Positions 25,380 through 37,170 of a stretch of 64,000 bases of DNA are shown here, piece by piece (the first letter of the stretch is position 1; each line of letters opens with the position of its first letter). The DNA is from Octopus vulgaris (Eukaryota). Both the position numbers and the translations under genes were made by a program. The notes beneath the pieces are model-generated. The model had not been told where the DNA came from. It saw only the letters and a list, made by a program, of their open reading frames with translations, and searched no databases. The stretch covers positions 150,102,001 through 150,166,000 of the forward strand of contig OX597817.1 in the NCBI GenBank assembly GCA_951406725.2, written 5' to 3'.

Positions 25380-25949
25380 GTAATAATAATAATAGCAGTA
25401 CCAGGCAGTGGCTCTCATGGCTTCTGATCTTAACTGATTGGAAGTGTTATCATGTATATCGTTTTGTCTTGGTATAAAAGATGGGCTACAGCAAATATTC
25501 TGCTCAATACCACAGATTTGCTTGTCAGTTGTTTGACCTTAACCAGTTGAGCATGTCCCTTAGTGGCTGATGATATGTGCATCTCTGATCACGAGCAGAC
25601 GTAGTGGGGGAGCATCATAGCCATGTGTTGAGAGGGATTCTTTGGGGTTTGAATAATTCACCTCTGGAAACATGGGTGGTTCTTTCAACATCCTTAAACA
25701 ACCCTTATTCAGGGACCTTTTGGGCGGGACGGGCTACTCAACCTGAAGAAAATTCTAACTGGGCCCCACCTGCAAGGTCATGTGCTGTTTATCTTGATAT
25801 GAGATCACCATGTCGCGCACATATGGTTGTGATGCATGTGCCTCGTGTACCCTTATCAGACGGGTAGTCATGATGGGTATATTGGGCTTCGTATATTTTA
25901 CCCCAGTGTCACTTTGATGGCATGAACTGCTCTCTCACTCAATAATAAT

Positions 25950-26168
25950 AAACATTGTGTACAGTGCTCAGGTGCACTACAACTCATCTAAAGTGCATAT
26001 ATAATCAGGTGTAGTTTCGACGGATTTCGGAAAGCATGAGGGCCTTAAAGGATGCAGTGTCATGGCAGTCAACAACTGACGCAGGCAGTTTATTCCATGC
26101 TTCAGCAACTCTGAGCGTGAAGAAATGTTTCCGAAAGTCATGGGAGCTGTGTTGTTTTCTGACTTTTG
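25950..26168 (-). mobile_element. CR1-clade LINE 3' end
   Basis: KVRKQHSSHDFRKHFFTLRVAEAWNKLPASVV; same family as 33610-34265. Confidence 0.8.
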
Positions 26169-26473
26169 TTCTCTTTTGCCAAACCGTTATGTTAAAGAGA
26201 TGTAAACAAACCAACACCAGTTGTCACATGATGGGTGGTTATATAACAAACACACACACAAATATATATATAAAACTAGAATGTGTGTTTGTGTGTGTGT
26301 ATTTGTCTGTCTGTCTGTGTGTCAGTATGTGTGCATCACTAAAACTCAAGAACTACCAAACCGTTTTCATTCAAATTTTACACATGCCTTACTTAGAGTC
26401 CTTCAGTTTAATAGTTTCATTATTAATACTGGAGCTATTAAAAGCGAAACTATTATCTTACATATCTCACATA

Positions 26474-26524
<51 letters not shown>

Positions 26525-27105
26525 ATGTACATATATAGATGTATATGTACATATGTATATATATATACATGTATATATAGATTTATATATATGTATGTGT
26601 ATATGTGTGTATCTCTTATTATAAAAGGCAGATTTTATCTGCCTCCCTTTGTCAGTTATAGAAATCTACAATATAGGATTTCTTCAATTACAATTTACCT
26701 AGCATTTTTAAGAGTAGAATGCATCGGGTCATGCCAGGTCCAGTTTTTAAAATTTAAACTCCAATTAAGCAAAATTTACAGAAAACTCACATTCTGGTGT
26801 GTATGTCAAATGCTTTTCTTAATGTGGTTTACACCACATGCACACGCACAGATACAGTGTGCAACGAATAAAATGAAAGTAATTCACTGTGTGTGTGTTG
26901 ACAGGTAGACAATAGAATGCGATGGCGATGGCGATGTAATATTTGTTTCTGTCTATCATGCTGATAGATACATGAGTAAAATGTATGGCAAGCTAAGAGA
27001 TAAGAGTGAGTGAAAATGTTCTTGGAAGAGAGTAAATAGCGAGAGTGATTTGAGGAAGACTTTACATTAAATAACCGTAGTGGCTTGTATATATATATAT
27101 ATATA

Positions 27106-27377
27106 CATACATAAGACAGTAAGGTGTGATTTGAGGGAGATTTGGCTGCTATTTCTACCATGTCTAGCTGCCATGTAGGGGTCTCCATCATAGGCTCATA
27201 CATACATATATACATAGATAAGACAGTAAGGTGTGATTTGGGGGAAATTTGGCTGCTATTTCTACCAGGTCCAGCTACCATGTAGAGGTCTCCCTCATTG
27301 GCTCATATATATATACATACATAAGACAGTAAGGTGTGATTTGAGGGAGATTTGGCTGCTGTTTCTACCAGGTCCGT
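27106..27377 (+). repeat. Three tandem copies (~100-110 bp, last one partial) of a short dispersed repeat
   Basis: ATAAGACAGTAAGGTGTGATTTG...GGCTGCT(A/G)TTTCTACC occurs three times. Confidence 0.85.
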
Positions 27378-27734
27378 TAGGCCTTCTCATGTAAACTCAA
27401 GCTTTCTCATGCCTTGAACATAAGACCAAAGCAGAGAATGTATTCTTTTATTCTTCTGCTTTTTCCAGCCATTGGTCTGTGGCCATGCTGGGGCAATGCC
27501 TTGAAGAATTGTAGTTTAATGAATCAACTCCAGTTTTATTTTTGTAAGCATTGTACTTATTCTATCTGTTTCCTTTGTCAAACCACTAGGTGACAGGGAT
27601 GTAAACAAACCAACATTCGTTGTCAAGCAGTGGTGGAGGACAATCACAAGCACAGACACGCACACACATACATGCATACACATATACACACATACATACA
27701 TACATACATATATATATATGTGTGTATATATATA

Positions 27735-28065
27735 TTGCAGCGTGGAAGGTGTTTGTAAGCCATTTAAGAAACACACAAAAACCGTTAGATACACTTCAAC
27801 ATTTAAATTTAATTTGCCAAAATATTTTCCTCGCTTTGAGACCGTGACCTGTTCACTAACAAAAATATCGTGCTAACAGGTCGCGGTCTCAAAGCGACGA
27901 AAATATTTTGACAAATTAAATTTAAATGTTGAAGTGAATCTAACGGTTTTTGTGTGTTTCTTAAATGGCTTATAAACACCTTCAACGCTGCAACTGTTTT
28001 CGTTCCAGCACACGATCTCAGATCAAGTCACTTGCTATGCAAGTACATCTCTGTAACTATATATA
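27735..28065. mobile_element. Penelope-like inverted terminal structure (119-bp arms, 21-nt spacer)
   Basis: 27735-27853 is a near-perfect reverse complement of 27875-27993; flanked by (TA)n. The inverted repeat is certain, the Penelope assignment is inferred. Confidence 0.6.
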
Positions 28066-28157
28066 TATTTATATATATATATATATATGTATATTGGTAA
28101 AAACAGTAAGATAACAAAAGAAAGAAAGAGACCTCAATATTATGTAAATAGAGGAAA

Positions 28158-28539
28158 TCTTTATATATAAAAGTGAGGTTGTGTGTCTGTCTCCTACGAT
28201 TTAGATTCCTAACTACTCCCACATTTTGCGGTGCAGTTTAACCAAAACCGGGTATCTTATAGTCGTGATTCATATCGAGACCGTCTGGGTATTAGCGCGC
28301 GTCTACGATGAGTCTACGATTTAAAAAAAAATTTACCATCAATTTTTCCCATTTTTAATCCATTAAGGGAAGTAACTCTCTAAAATTTATTATTAAATCT
28401 CAGAACGTAAAAAGCTACAGTAACACCCCTCCCCCTTTGTGGTTAGCCATATTGAGATGGCTATTATACTTTACATCTCTAAAAATGCTTATATAATTAT
28501 TTCCCTTACAAACCCGAGCAACGCCGGGCGATACTGCTA

Positions 28540-28540
<1 letters not shown>
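28158..28540 (+). mobile_element. Non-autonomous Helitron
   Basis: A|TC start; ends CCCGAGCAACGCCGGG hairpin plus CTAG|T. Confidence 0.75.
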
Positions 28541-28603
<63 letters not shown>

Positions 28604-28846
28604 ATGTATTTATATATATATATATATATAAATATATGTATGCATGTATATATGTATATATATATATGTGTACATATAAATGTATGTATATATATGTATA
28701 TATGTGTATTTATGTATATATATATATATATATATCACCATGACTGACCAGGCTATCGGATGTTGCTACACATCGCTGGTCACAATGCGCTTCGCATTAT
28801 TTTAGCCTTCAAATGATGCCACCCTGCTGGCTAAGCGAGCAGGCCA

Positions 28847-28888
<42 letters not shown>

Positions 28889-28986
28889 AGGATAAAATTC
28901 TTTTCGAACAAAAATATTTTCTCGAAAAAAAATTTTATCAATGGCCAGCATATTAAAAAATACCTTTAACGGTTAAATTTATAAAC

Positions 28987-29124
28987 AATTCATAAATGAG
29001 GGCAAAGGAAAAAAATTTCTAATGCCAAATATGCCAAAAAATTGGACATATTGTCCATTAACCATATAATGTGAAAACATATTTGGCATTAGAAATTTTT
29101 TTCCTTTGCCCTCATTTATGAATT
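28987..29124. repeat. Inverted repeat with ~47-bp arms (Penelope-like fragment)
   Basis: 28987-29033 versus 29078-29124, between (TA)n runs. Confidence 0.7.
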
Positions 29125-29743
29125 ATATATATATATATATATATATACTAGCAGCTAAGCCCAGTTTCACCCGGTCAGCTTGGATGATGTGGCTGTAAAA
29201 CCTGCTCTGTGTAAGCATTTGACTTGTTTGAGCATGCTTACGTTAAAAAACAATTTTAGAATGACTTTTTTCTGTCAAAATGCCAAAAATAACTGACCAA
29301 CAAAAAACAAACCAACCAAGATTTGACCAAATCAAAAAAACCCCAAATACTAAGCAAACAAAGATTAACCATCCCACTTCCATTGCAAGCACACATGCAC
29401 ACACATGCTCACACACACACACATTCACATACACACACACACACATATTCACACAAAGTTGAAATGCTGTTTGATTTATTTTTTCAACATACAATTTTCA
29501 TCACCACTTCCTTTCTCATTCATAAACACAAGAGTATTATTAAAGTAGATTATCTCGGTAACCATGGGAGCTATGAAAAAATACAAAGCCCAGTATCACC
29601 ACCAGATCATTCTACATTTTTCATGCAATTCCACCAAGCCGTTTGACCATGAATCCCAAGACAAGAAAGAATTGGCCATGTCGAATTTATATGTATAGAT
29701 ATTTACATATATGTATGTATGTATATATATATATATGTATATA

Positions 29744-29816
<73 letters not shown>

Positions 29817-30035
29817 TCATCATCATCATCATTTAACGTCCACTTCCCATGCTAGCATGGGTTTGACGATGGCTGCACTAGGCTCCAATCTTGATGTGGC
29901 AGGATTGGAGCCTGATGCAGCCATCTGGTTCGCCAGACCTCAGTCAAATCGTCCAACCTATGCTAGCATAGAAAGCAGATGTTAAACGATGATGATGATG
30001 ATATATATATATAGATGTATATATATATAGATGTA

Positions 30036-30074
<39 letters not shown>

Positions 30075-31289
30075 GTACATATATATAGATTTATATGTAT
30101 ATATATATATGTATATAGTAAATCCCGAAAAGAACAAACACAAAAACACAACAACGCGAGGACGTGGTACATGTAGTGTATTAGCAGACACTCAGGAAAG
30201 GAAAGAAAGACAGTTTACCGTTTCGAGCAGAGAAAAATACAAAATATGTATATACATGTAGCCAAGAAACAAGGTTAATTCTTTTGTGGGGCAGAACAAA
30301 CATGAAAGAAATATTTTAGAGAATAGTACGAAATGTGTATATATATGTAGCCAAGAAAAAAGGTTAGTAATGTTGTGGGTTAGATGGGTCTGAATGAATG
30401 AGGCAATTAAAAATAAGAGAAACTCTTTGCTTAAGAGAAATATATAGATATATATACATACCTTTACGGTTTAACATTGCAACTAACTGTTTTTATTAAT
30501 TTATACATATATCATCATCAAGTGGGTTGGTATTTTACAGAGAATATAGTAAATTTTGAATGTAGGATACCTACCTGTGAAAACACTCTAAGCAAATTAG
30601 ATAAATACTCCTGGAAGATGAGATAGTGAGTTCAATTCCCAGACTGGGCTGAATGTTGTGTTCTTGGACAAGACACTTTATTTCATGTTGCTGAAAAAAT
30701 GAGTAGTGATGTCATTGGTGCCAAGTTGTATTGGCCTTTGCTTTTCCCTGAGAAAACAGTTCTTGTAATGCTGTAATGTCCACTTGAGACTTTAGCAGTT
30801 TGTTGCTAATTATTCCTGTCCGTCATGCATCACTGATTTTCAGATTACTTGATGGCCCAGTGGTCATTGTCTGTATATTCCAGTATCCTAATCTGTGTGC
30901 TGGTTTCTTATTTTGCATTTTTGTTATGCCCAAAGTTTGTCCATGAGTAGCTGATGCATGTATATACACACACAGATGCGCGCACGCACTCACATACACA
31001 CACACATGCATAGATATCTGTGTGCATGCATTTGTGTCTCTTTGCCTGATGTGATGGTTGTAAACGAGCATCACCATCATACAAGCAGTGTCCTTCATTT
31101 CCAATCTTCTGCCAAAGCATACCCAGCCATAAGGAAATATTACCTTACTTGGTAACAGGTGAGGAGTGATGACAGGGAGGGCATCCAGTCAGAGAAATCT
31201 GGCCTCAATGAATTCCATCTGACCCGGACATATACGGAAGAGTGGACATTAAAACAATAATGTCGATGATGATGTCTGACTGCACTCAT

Positions 31290-31600
31290 CTGTTGAATGT
31301 TGAATGTGTAAGAGAGCATAAAAGACAAAGTACAAAAGAGCTGAGAGAAAAAGCGGGGCATAAGAGAAATTGAACGTAGTGAGCAAGGAAGAAGACTGTG
31401 CTGATAAGGACATGGGATATGTATGGATGAGGACAGATGTATAAAGAAGTGCCATTCCCTTAATATAGATGGAGCCTGTGGAAGAGAGAGATCCAGGAAA
31501 ATATGGACAAAAGGGATGAAGACTGATCTCTGGACCCTCAGTCTCACAGAGGTGATGACAAAGAACCAGGATGAATGGTAACATGCAGTTCGCATGGAGA
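31290..31600 (+). mobile_element. Degenerate RTE-type LINE 3' fragment
   Basis: GAGCTGAGAGAAAAG...GGAGCCTGTGGAAGAG..., decayed RTE C-terminal coding pattern. Confidence 0.5.
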
Positions 31601-32187
31601 TTCACTCATCTCGGTGAAACTGAATTTTAGTAGCATTGTGTCTAATCCATGCCAGCATGATGATGATGTACAAATGGGCCCTTTGCCCAAAGTCCTCCTT
31701 ACTCCTTAAGACACCCTCACCACCCATCATCTCCCTAAACATAGCCCCTCTTTGATACCACTTACTTTTCATACTATTCAGAACTACTTCACTTGTCCAT
31801 TTTTCATCCATTAATATCATCATCATCATCATCATCGTTTAACGTCTGCTTTCCATGCTGGCATGGGTTGGACGGTTTGAATTAGGACTGGTGAGTCAGA
31901 GGCTGCAATCTGATCTGGCAGAGTTTCTACAGTTGGTTGCCCTTTTTAATGCCAACCACTCCAAGGGCCAGTCGGGTGGTACTGGTGACAGCCACACTCA
32001 AATGGTGTTTTTTTGTGCCACCTGCACACGAGCCAGTCCAGTGGCACTGGCAACGACCTTGCTCAAATGTTGTTTTTCACTTACATAAGCACCAGTAAGG
32101 CAATGCTGGTTAACAATCATGGTGCTTTTTATGTGCCACCGGCATGGGAGCCAATAATATATGATAATATATGTATGATGATAATAT

Positions 32188-32219
<32 letters not shown>

Positions 32220-32714
32220 AATATATGTATGTATGTATGTATGTATGTCATTATTCAGTTTATTTCAAAATTTCTTGCCAATTGTGTAAGAACTGGTTTC
32301 TAATCTAGATCCAAGGTTCCTTCATTGGAATTTCAACATCAACAACAGGGCATGCATGCATACATGCATACATACATACATATATACATACATACATACA
32401 TACATATGCACGTATGTACGTACATACATACATACATACATACATACATACAGTTGTCTAGTAAGGTTTTTAAGTCAAAACATAACAAACACTAGTTAAC
32501 AGAGTGGGTATATTATTTATACAGTATTATATATATAATCCAATAATAGTCATTTTATGTCACTGAATGGTTTCATGCTGAAGAACCTTCCAATTTTGAT
32601 CAGGGCCATGTCCAGTGATTGTAAGTTTACCTTTCTACAATAGAAAGGTTCTTTAGTAGGAAACTGTTTGTTGGGATAAATTGGCAGTTATGAGACTATC
32701 TTCTTTTATCTCTC

Positions 32715-33032
32715 TATATTTAAGAGATGAGGAATTATGTACATTATTCACATTTGACAGATATTTGTCCTCATCTTGTTTGTTGTTAACTCAACGTTTC
32801 AGGGTATATGGTGTAGTAGTTAAGAGCGCGGGCTACTAACCCCAAGATTTCGAGTTCGATTCCAAGCAGTGACCTGAATAATAATAATAATAGTAACATC
32901 GTAAAATACCTTAGGAATGAGAACACAGGTTCAAAATTTCCCCATGACACCTGATGAAGGATGGAGGGTATATCAGCTGAAACGTGTTAACAACAAATGA
33001 TGAGGACAAATATCCGTCAAATGTACATAATG
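32715..33032 (+). mobile_element. Short Penelope-like element with tRNA-derived head and hammerhead motif
   Basis: Inverted arms 32736-32801 and 32977-33030, A/B boxes at 32809-32863, CTGATGA at 32951 and GAAAC at 32979. Confidence 0.6.
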
Positions 33033-33609
33033 TTCTTTTATTTTGTTTCAATCATTAGACTGTGACTATGCATTTTAGTCGAATGGATCACTAGTATTTA
33101 TTTTTAAGCCTAGTACTTTTTCTGTAGGTCTCTTTTGCTGACCTGCTGAGTTATGGTGATGTAAACAAACCAACACTGGTTGTCAAGCAATGCTGAGAGA
33201 CAAGTACAAATAGATATATATACAAGAGACTTCTTTCTGTTTTTATCTACCAAATTCACTCACAAGATAGTGACCAGCTTGAGACTTTAGTGGAAGACAC
33301 CTTCCCAAGTTGCCATGCAGTGGGACTGAACGTGGAACCATGTGGGTGGAAAGCAAACTTCTTACCATATAGCCACTCATTTATGAGTGAAATTCTTTAC
33401 CATTCTTCTTTATTAATGAGAAGAAAGTATAGAGTTTATATAATTCTTATTTCTTCACCTTCGGCTTGGACAAGTTTAGAACCATCTGAATTTTAATGAA
33501 CATGGCAATTTGTCTGCTTTTCAATTTTACCAGTTCCTTAGATTCTGAGAAACACTGGATTAAGATCAATTACCATTCGTGACACTGATGAATCTTCATT
33601 GAACAAACC

Positions 33610-34265
33610 ACATCTCTAAGATTGTCAAGAAGGCTGAGGGTGTCTTAGCATTACTCAGCAAGACTGTATAAAGTCGTATATGATTATGGTACGTCTACAC
33701 TTAGAGCTTGTATCACCAGTCTGGAATCTCTACTTTGCTTGGCATATCAATTTTGAGGAAACTGTTCAAAGACGTGCAACCAGATGAATACCCTCCGTCA
33801 GACATTTACCATACTCTGAACGTCTTGTTTACCTGAGCACAGACACATTAAAGCTCCAACATCTGACAACTGACTTGGTAGACACCCACAAGTTTATTCA
33901 CCATCTTTCCAAACAATAACTTTAGGTACCTTTTTGAATTCCATATGTCTAGCACTCATGGACATGCTTACAAAATCAAAAAACAACATAGCACCCATGA
34001 TTTTCAGAAGCATTTTTTCATGCTCAGAATTGCTGAAGCATGGAATAAACTACCTGCATCAGTTGTTAGCTGTCAAGACACTACATCCTTCAAAACTTCC
34101 ATGCTTCCCGAAATTCGCCAACAGAACACCTGATGCTTCCCACTCCCGTTTCTTTTCTCAAGACTTGTTTACTGTTCACTTCCTGTGTATTATTTTACCT
34201 GCTGTTCATGCAGTTTTCATTACTTTTTCTGGTGAGTTGCAGTGCACCTGAGCACTGTATACAAT
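33610..34265 (+). mobile_element. Degenerate CR1-clade LINE 3' fragment
   Basis: MVRLHLELVSPVWNLY...ETVQRRATR...LPYSERL...KHFFMLRIAEAWNKLP. Confidence 0.8.
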
Positions 34266-34756
34266 AGAAGGCGGCAAGCTGGCAGAAACGTTAGCACGCC
34301 AGACGAAATGCTTAGCAGTGTTTCGTCTGCCGTTACGTTCTGAGTCCAAATTCCGCAGAGGTCAACTTTGCCTTTCATCCTTTAGGGGTCGATTAAATAA
34401 GTACCAGTTACGTACTGGCGTCGATGTAATCGGCTTAATCCGTTTGTCTGTCCTTGTTTGTCCTCTCTGTGTTTAGCCCCTTGTGGGTAGTAAAGAATTA
34501 TGTATACAATAAGTTCATTATTATAAATTTTATTTCATCGATACTAGAAGGATGAATATCAGAGTTGGCCTTGGCGGGATTTGAAGATATTTATCAAGAT
34601 ATATAAACACATTTACACATAATGTTTAAAAATATATGTGTGTAATTTTTATTTTTGTACATCAAGAGGAAAAAATAATGGGATTATAAAAGGGGAGATA
34701 ATAATGGAACTGCTTTGGAAACCAAGGTAGAGAACTCCTGCTAAGCGAAGGTCAAA

Positions 34757-35041
34757 ATGGCTGCTTCCAAGGCTCTGCGCTTCGGACAACATTTAAAAGA
34801 ACTGAGAGTACATCTATGCCAGAGATGCAGCTCGAGTAAAGGTGTACGGGATTTTATAGAACAACACTATGTAGCTATTAAGCAGGAGAATCCCCATCTT
34901 CCTATTCTTATTCGAGAATGTAATGGCATCCAACCGAAGATATTCGCACGTTTTGAATACGGCAGAGAATCGAGTTTACCCCTCACTGGATTTACATCGG
35001 GCGAGGTTTTAGAAGCAGTACATTCTCTGTCTTCTGTATAA
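34757..35041 (+). CDS. NDUFA2: NADH dehydrogenase [ubiquinone] 1 alpha subcomplex subunit 2 (complex I B8), intronless CDS
   Basis: 94-aa intact ORF LKELRVHLCQ...SKGVRDFIEQHYVAIKQENPHLPILIRECNGIQPKIFARFEYGRE matches the B8 family pattern; start context CAAAATGG. Confidence 0.95.
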   Translation: MAASKALRFGQHLKELRVHLCQRCSSSKGVRDFIEQHYVAIKQENPHLPILIRECNGIQPKIFARFEYGRESSLPLTGFTSGEVLEAVHSLSSV

Positions 35042-36868
35042 CCAAGAAAACTCCCTTAGAAGATTTTACTAACAGATGGTCCTCACTATCGAATATGCAA
35101 CAATGTTCAAAGTGATTGTGAAGATGAAAGACTGGAGCAACACCAAATGCAACCTTATTCACCTTGACTTTATGTTGTCGTTTCCAAAATGTGTTTCTAA
35201 TGATTTTGGGACAAAATATACGAACCGTTTCTTCACTTGTCACCATCAATAGAATTCTGTTAACTACAGCTTGAAATCGTAAATATATAAAAATATTTAG
35301 TATTCATCTCGTCTTACTTTTTTGTATTAATGTTTCTTTATTAGCCACACAGACAGGACCGATTACAAAGTAGAGCTTTTCTTTATGGAGAGAAAAGGAA
35401 AAAAAAGTGGGGTAGGTTTTCGATCAAAAGGGAAAGAAAAAAAAGAAAATAAACGATCAATAGGGATCGTGTATCACAGAAATGTCATGATGTAAAGTGT
35501 AAAGGGGGAAGCAGATAGGGTTTATCCGTCTAATATAAATATATTATGTGTATGTGTGTATGGATGTACACATACACACATTCGTTACAAATTTATTTAC
35601 TTTTATGTGTTTCTTTTTGATTAAATCCGTTCTTATAAGTTAAATGCATTGAGATGAAGTTTCTAAAAATGCTTTCTTTTTTTTTTCAAAAAGTCGTATT
35701 TTAGAGTGTAATTAAAACTTATTGGTAAATGATCCACTGATAGAGTTAAAATTAAATGGAACCTAGGGTCGTATCATGTAAAGATAACAATTTTGTATGA
35801 TGAAGCAACGAGAGAGCCTCTATGTAGTCGTTTGATCTACCAGAAATAGCAGTCGAATTTTTCTCAAATCCCATTCTATCACTTTCTGCGATAGCTTCAG
35901 ATCGACCAAAACATTAAGTGACAGACACAGTGCGGAAGCCCGTCGTTCCTGATGCTAAACAACCTTGTGGGCCATTCCACGAACATTAATAGATTTATGC
36001 TATATTCATTCCTTTTTAAATATTCTACAGTATATAATTTATCAGTATTGACTTAATATACTGCCGAGGTCGCCTTAGCCTTTCATCCTTCCGGGTCGAT
36101 AAATTAAGTACCAGTTCCATACTGGAGTCGATCTAATCGACTGGCCCCCTCTCCCAAAATTTCGGGCCTTGTGCCGAGAGTAGAACAAAAAGGTATTGAC
36201 TTAATATAGAGATTGATTGTACCAACTGGCATTTCTTAAATGTTTTCAATTTGTTTTTAAATAACTCCACTTACATCAGCAGATTTAAAACACTTTAAAC
36301 TTTGGTTATTGTTCCAGTAGAAATCATTCGTGGCAAACACGTTTTTACAACAGAAGCCACGCACCTTTCCAAAACGTCAATAATTTATATCCTAACACTG
36401 TCATTGGGAAAGGTACTTCTCTCTAAATGGATCACTCTGCTTTGTGTTGAAAAAAAAAAAAACATGGGGATGAGGCACAGTACACCACTAAACATTAGTG
36501 GATTATATAACTGAGAGGTGTTTCATAAATTTACACTGCTTGACCCCTTTCTTTTTATGGTCAAACAAAAAAGTTTGAGGGACATTATTTAAGACTTGTA
36601 AAAAACTGTCCTTTTAATAAAATCCAAGATTATGGAAAAAGATAGAAAGGCTTTTTTCAAATAATCGATTGTTAGGACCTGAAGAACAGATTCGGCTTCC
36701 CAGAGGAAGCAGCAGTAACATCATTCCAACCAGACATGTTCCTTCTCTCCAGGAGTGTAAAAATATTCATTGCAGTTGAAACTTACAGGGCTCTGGAAGG
36801 AGTGACTTAACAATTCCTACCAGCTAAAAAAAAGCAAATATCAGGACTTGGTCAACAAGGCCTTATAG

Positions 36869-37170
36869 TGGAGGCATATGGCCTAGTGGTTAGAGCAGCA
36901 GACTGAGGGATAGTGGGTTCGAATCTCAGACCGGACGATGCGTGTGTTTATGAGCAAAGCACCTAAGCTCCATGCGGCTCCAGCAGAAAGTAATGGCAAA
37001 CTTCTGCTGACTCTTTCACCACAACTTTCTCTCACTCTTTCCTCCTGCATCTTTCAGCTCACCTGCGACGGGCTGGCGTCCCATCCAGGTGGGGAACCTA
37101 TACGCCAATGAAACCAGGAAACTGGCCCTTATGAGCTAGGCATGGCTCGAGAAGGAACAAACAACAACAA
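36869..37170 (+). mobile_element. tRNA-derived SINE with (AAC)n tail
   Basis: TGGCCTAGTGG A-box and GGTTCGAATCTC B-box; related copies at 12462-12710 and 43173-43440. Confidence 0.75.

Noticed and set aside
32803-32874. tRNA gene
   Set aside because: A and B boxes are present but there is no proper acceptor stem or terminator; it is a SINE-type head, like those at 12462, 36869, 43173 and 62201
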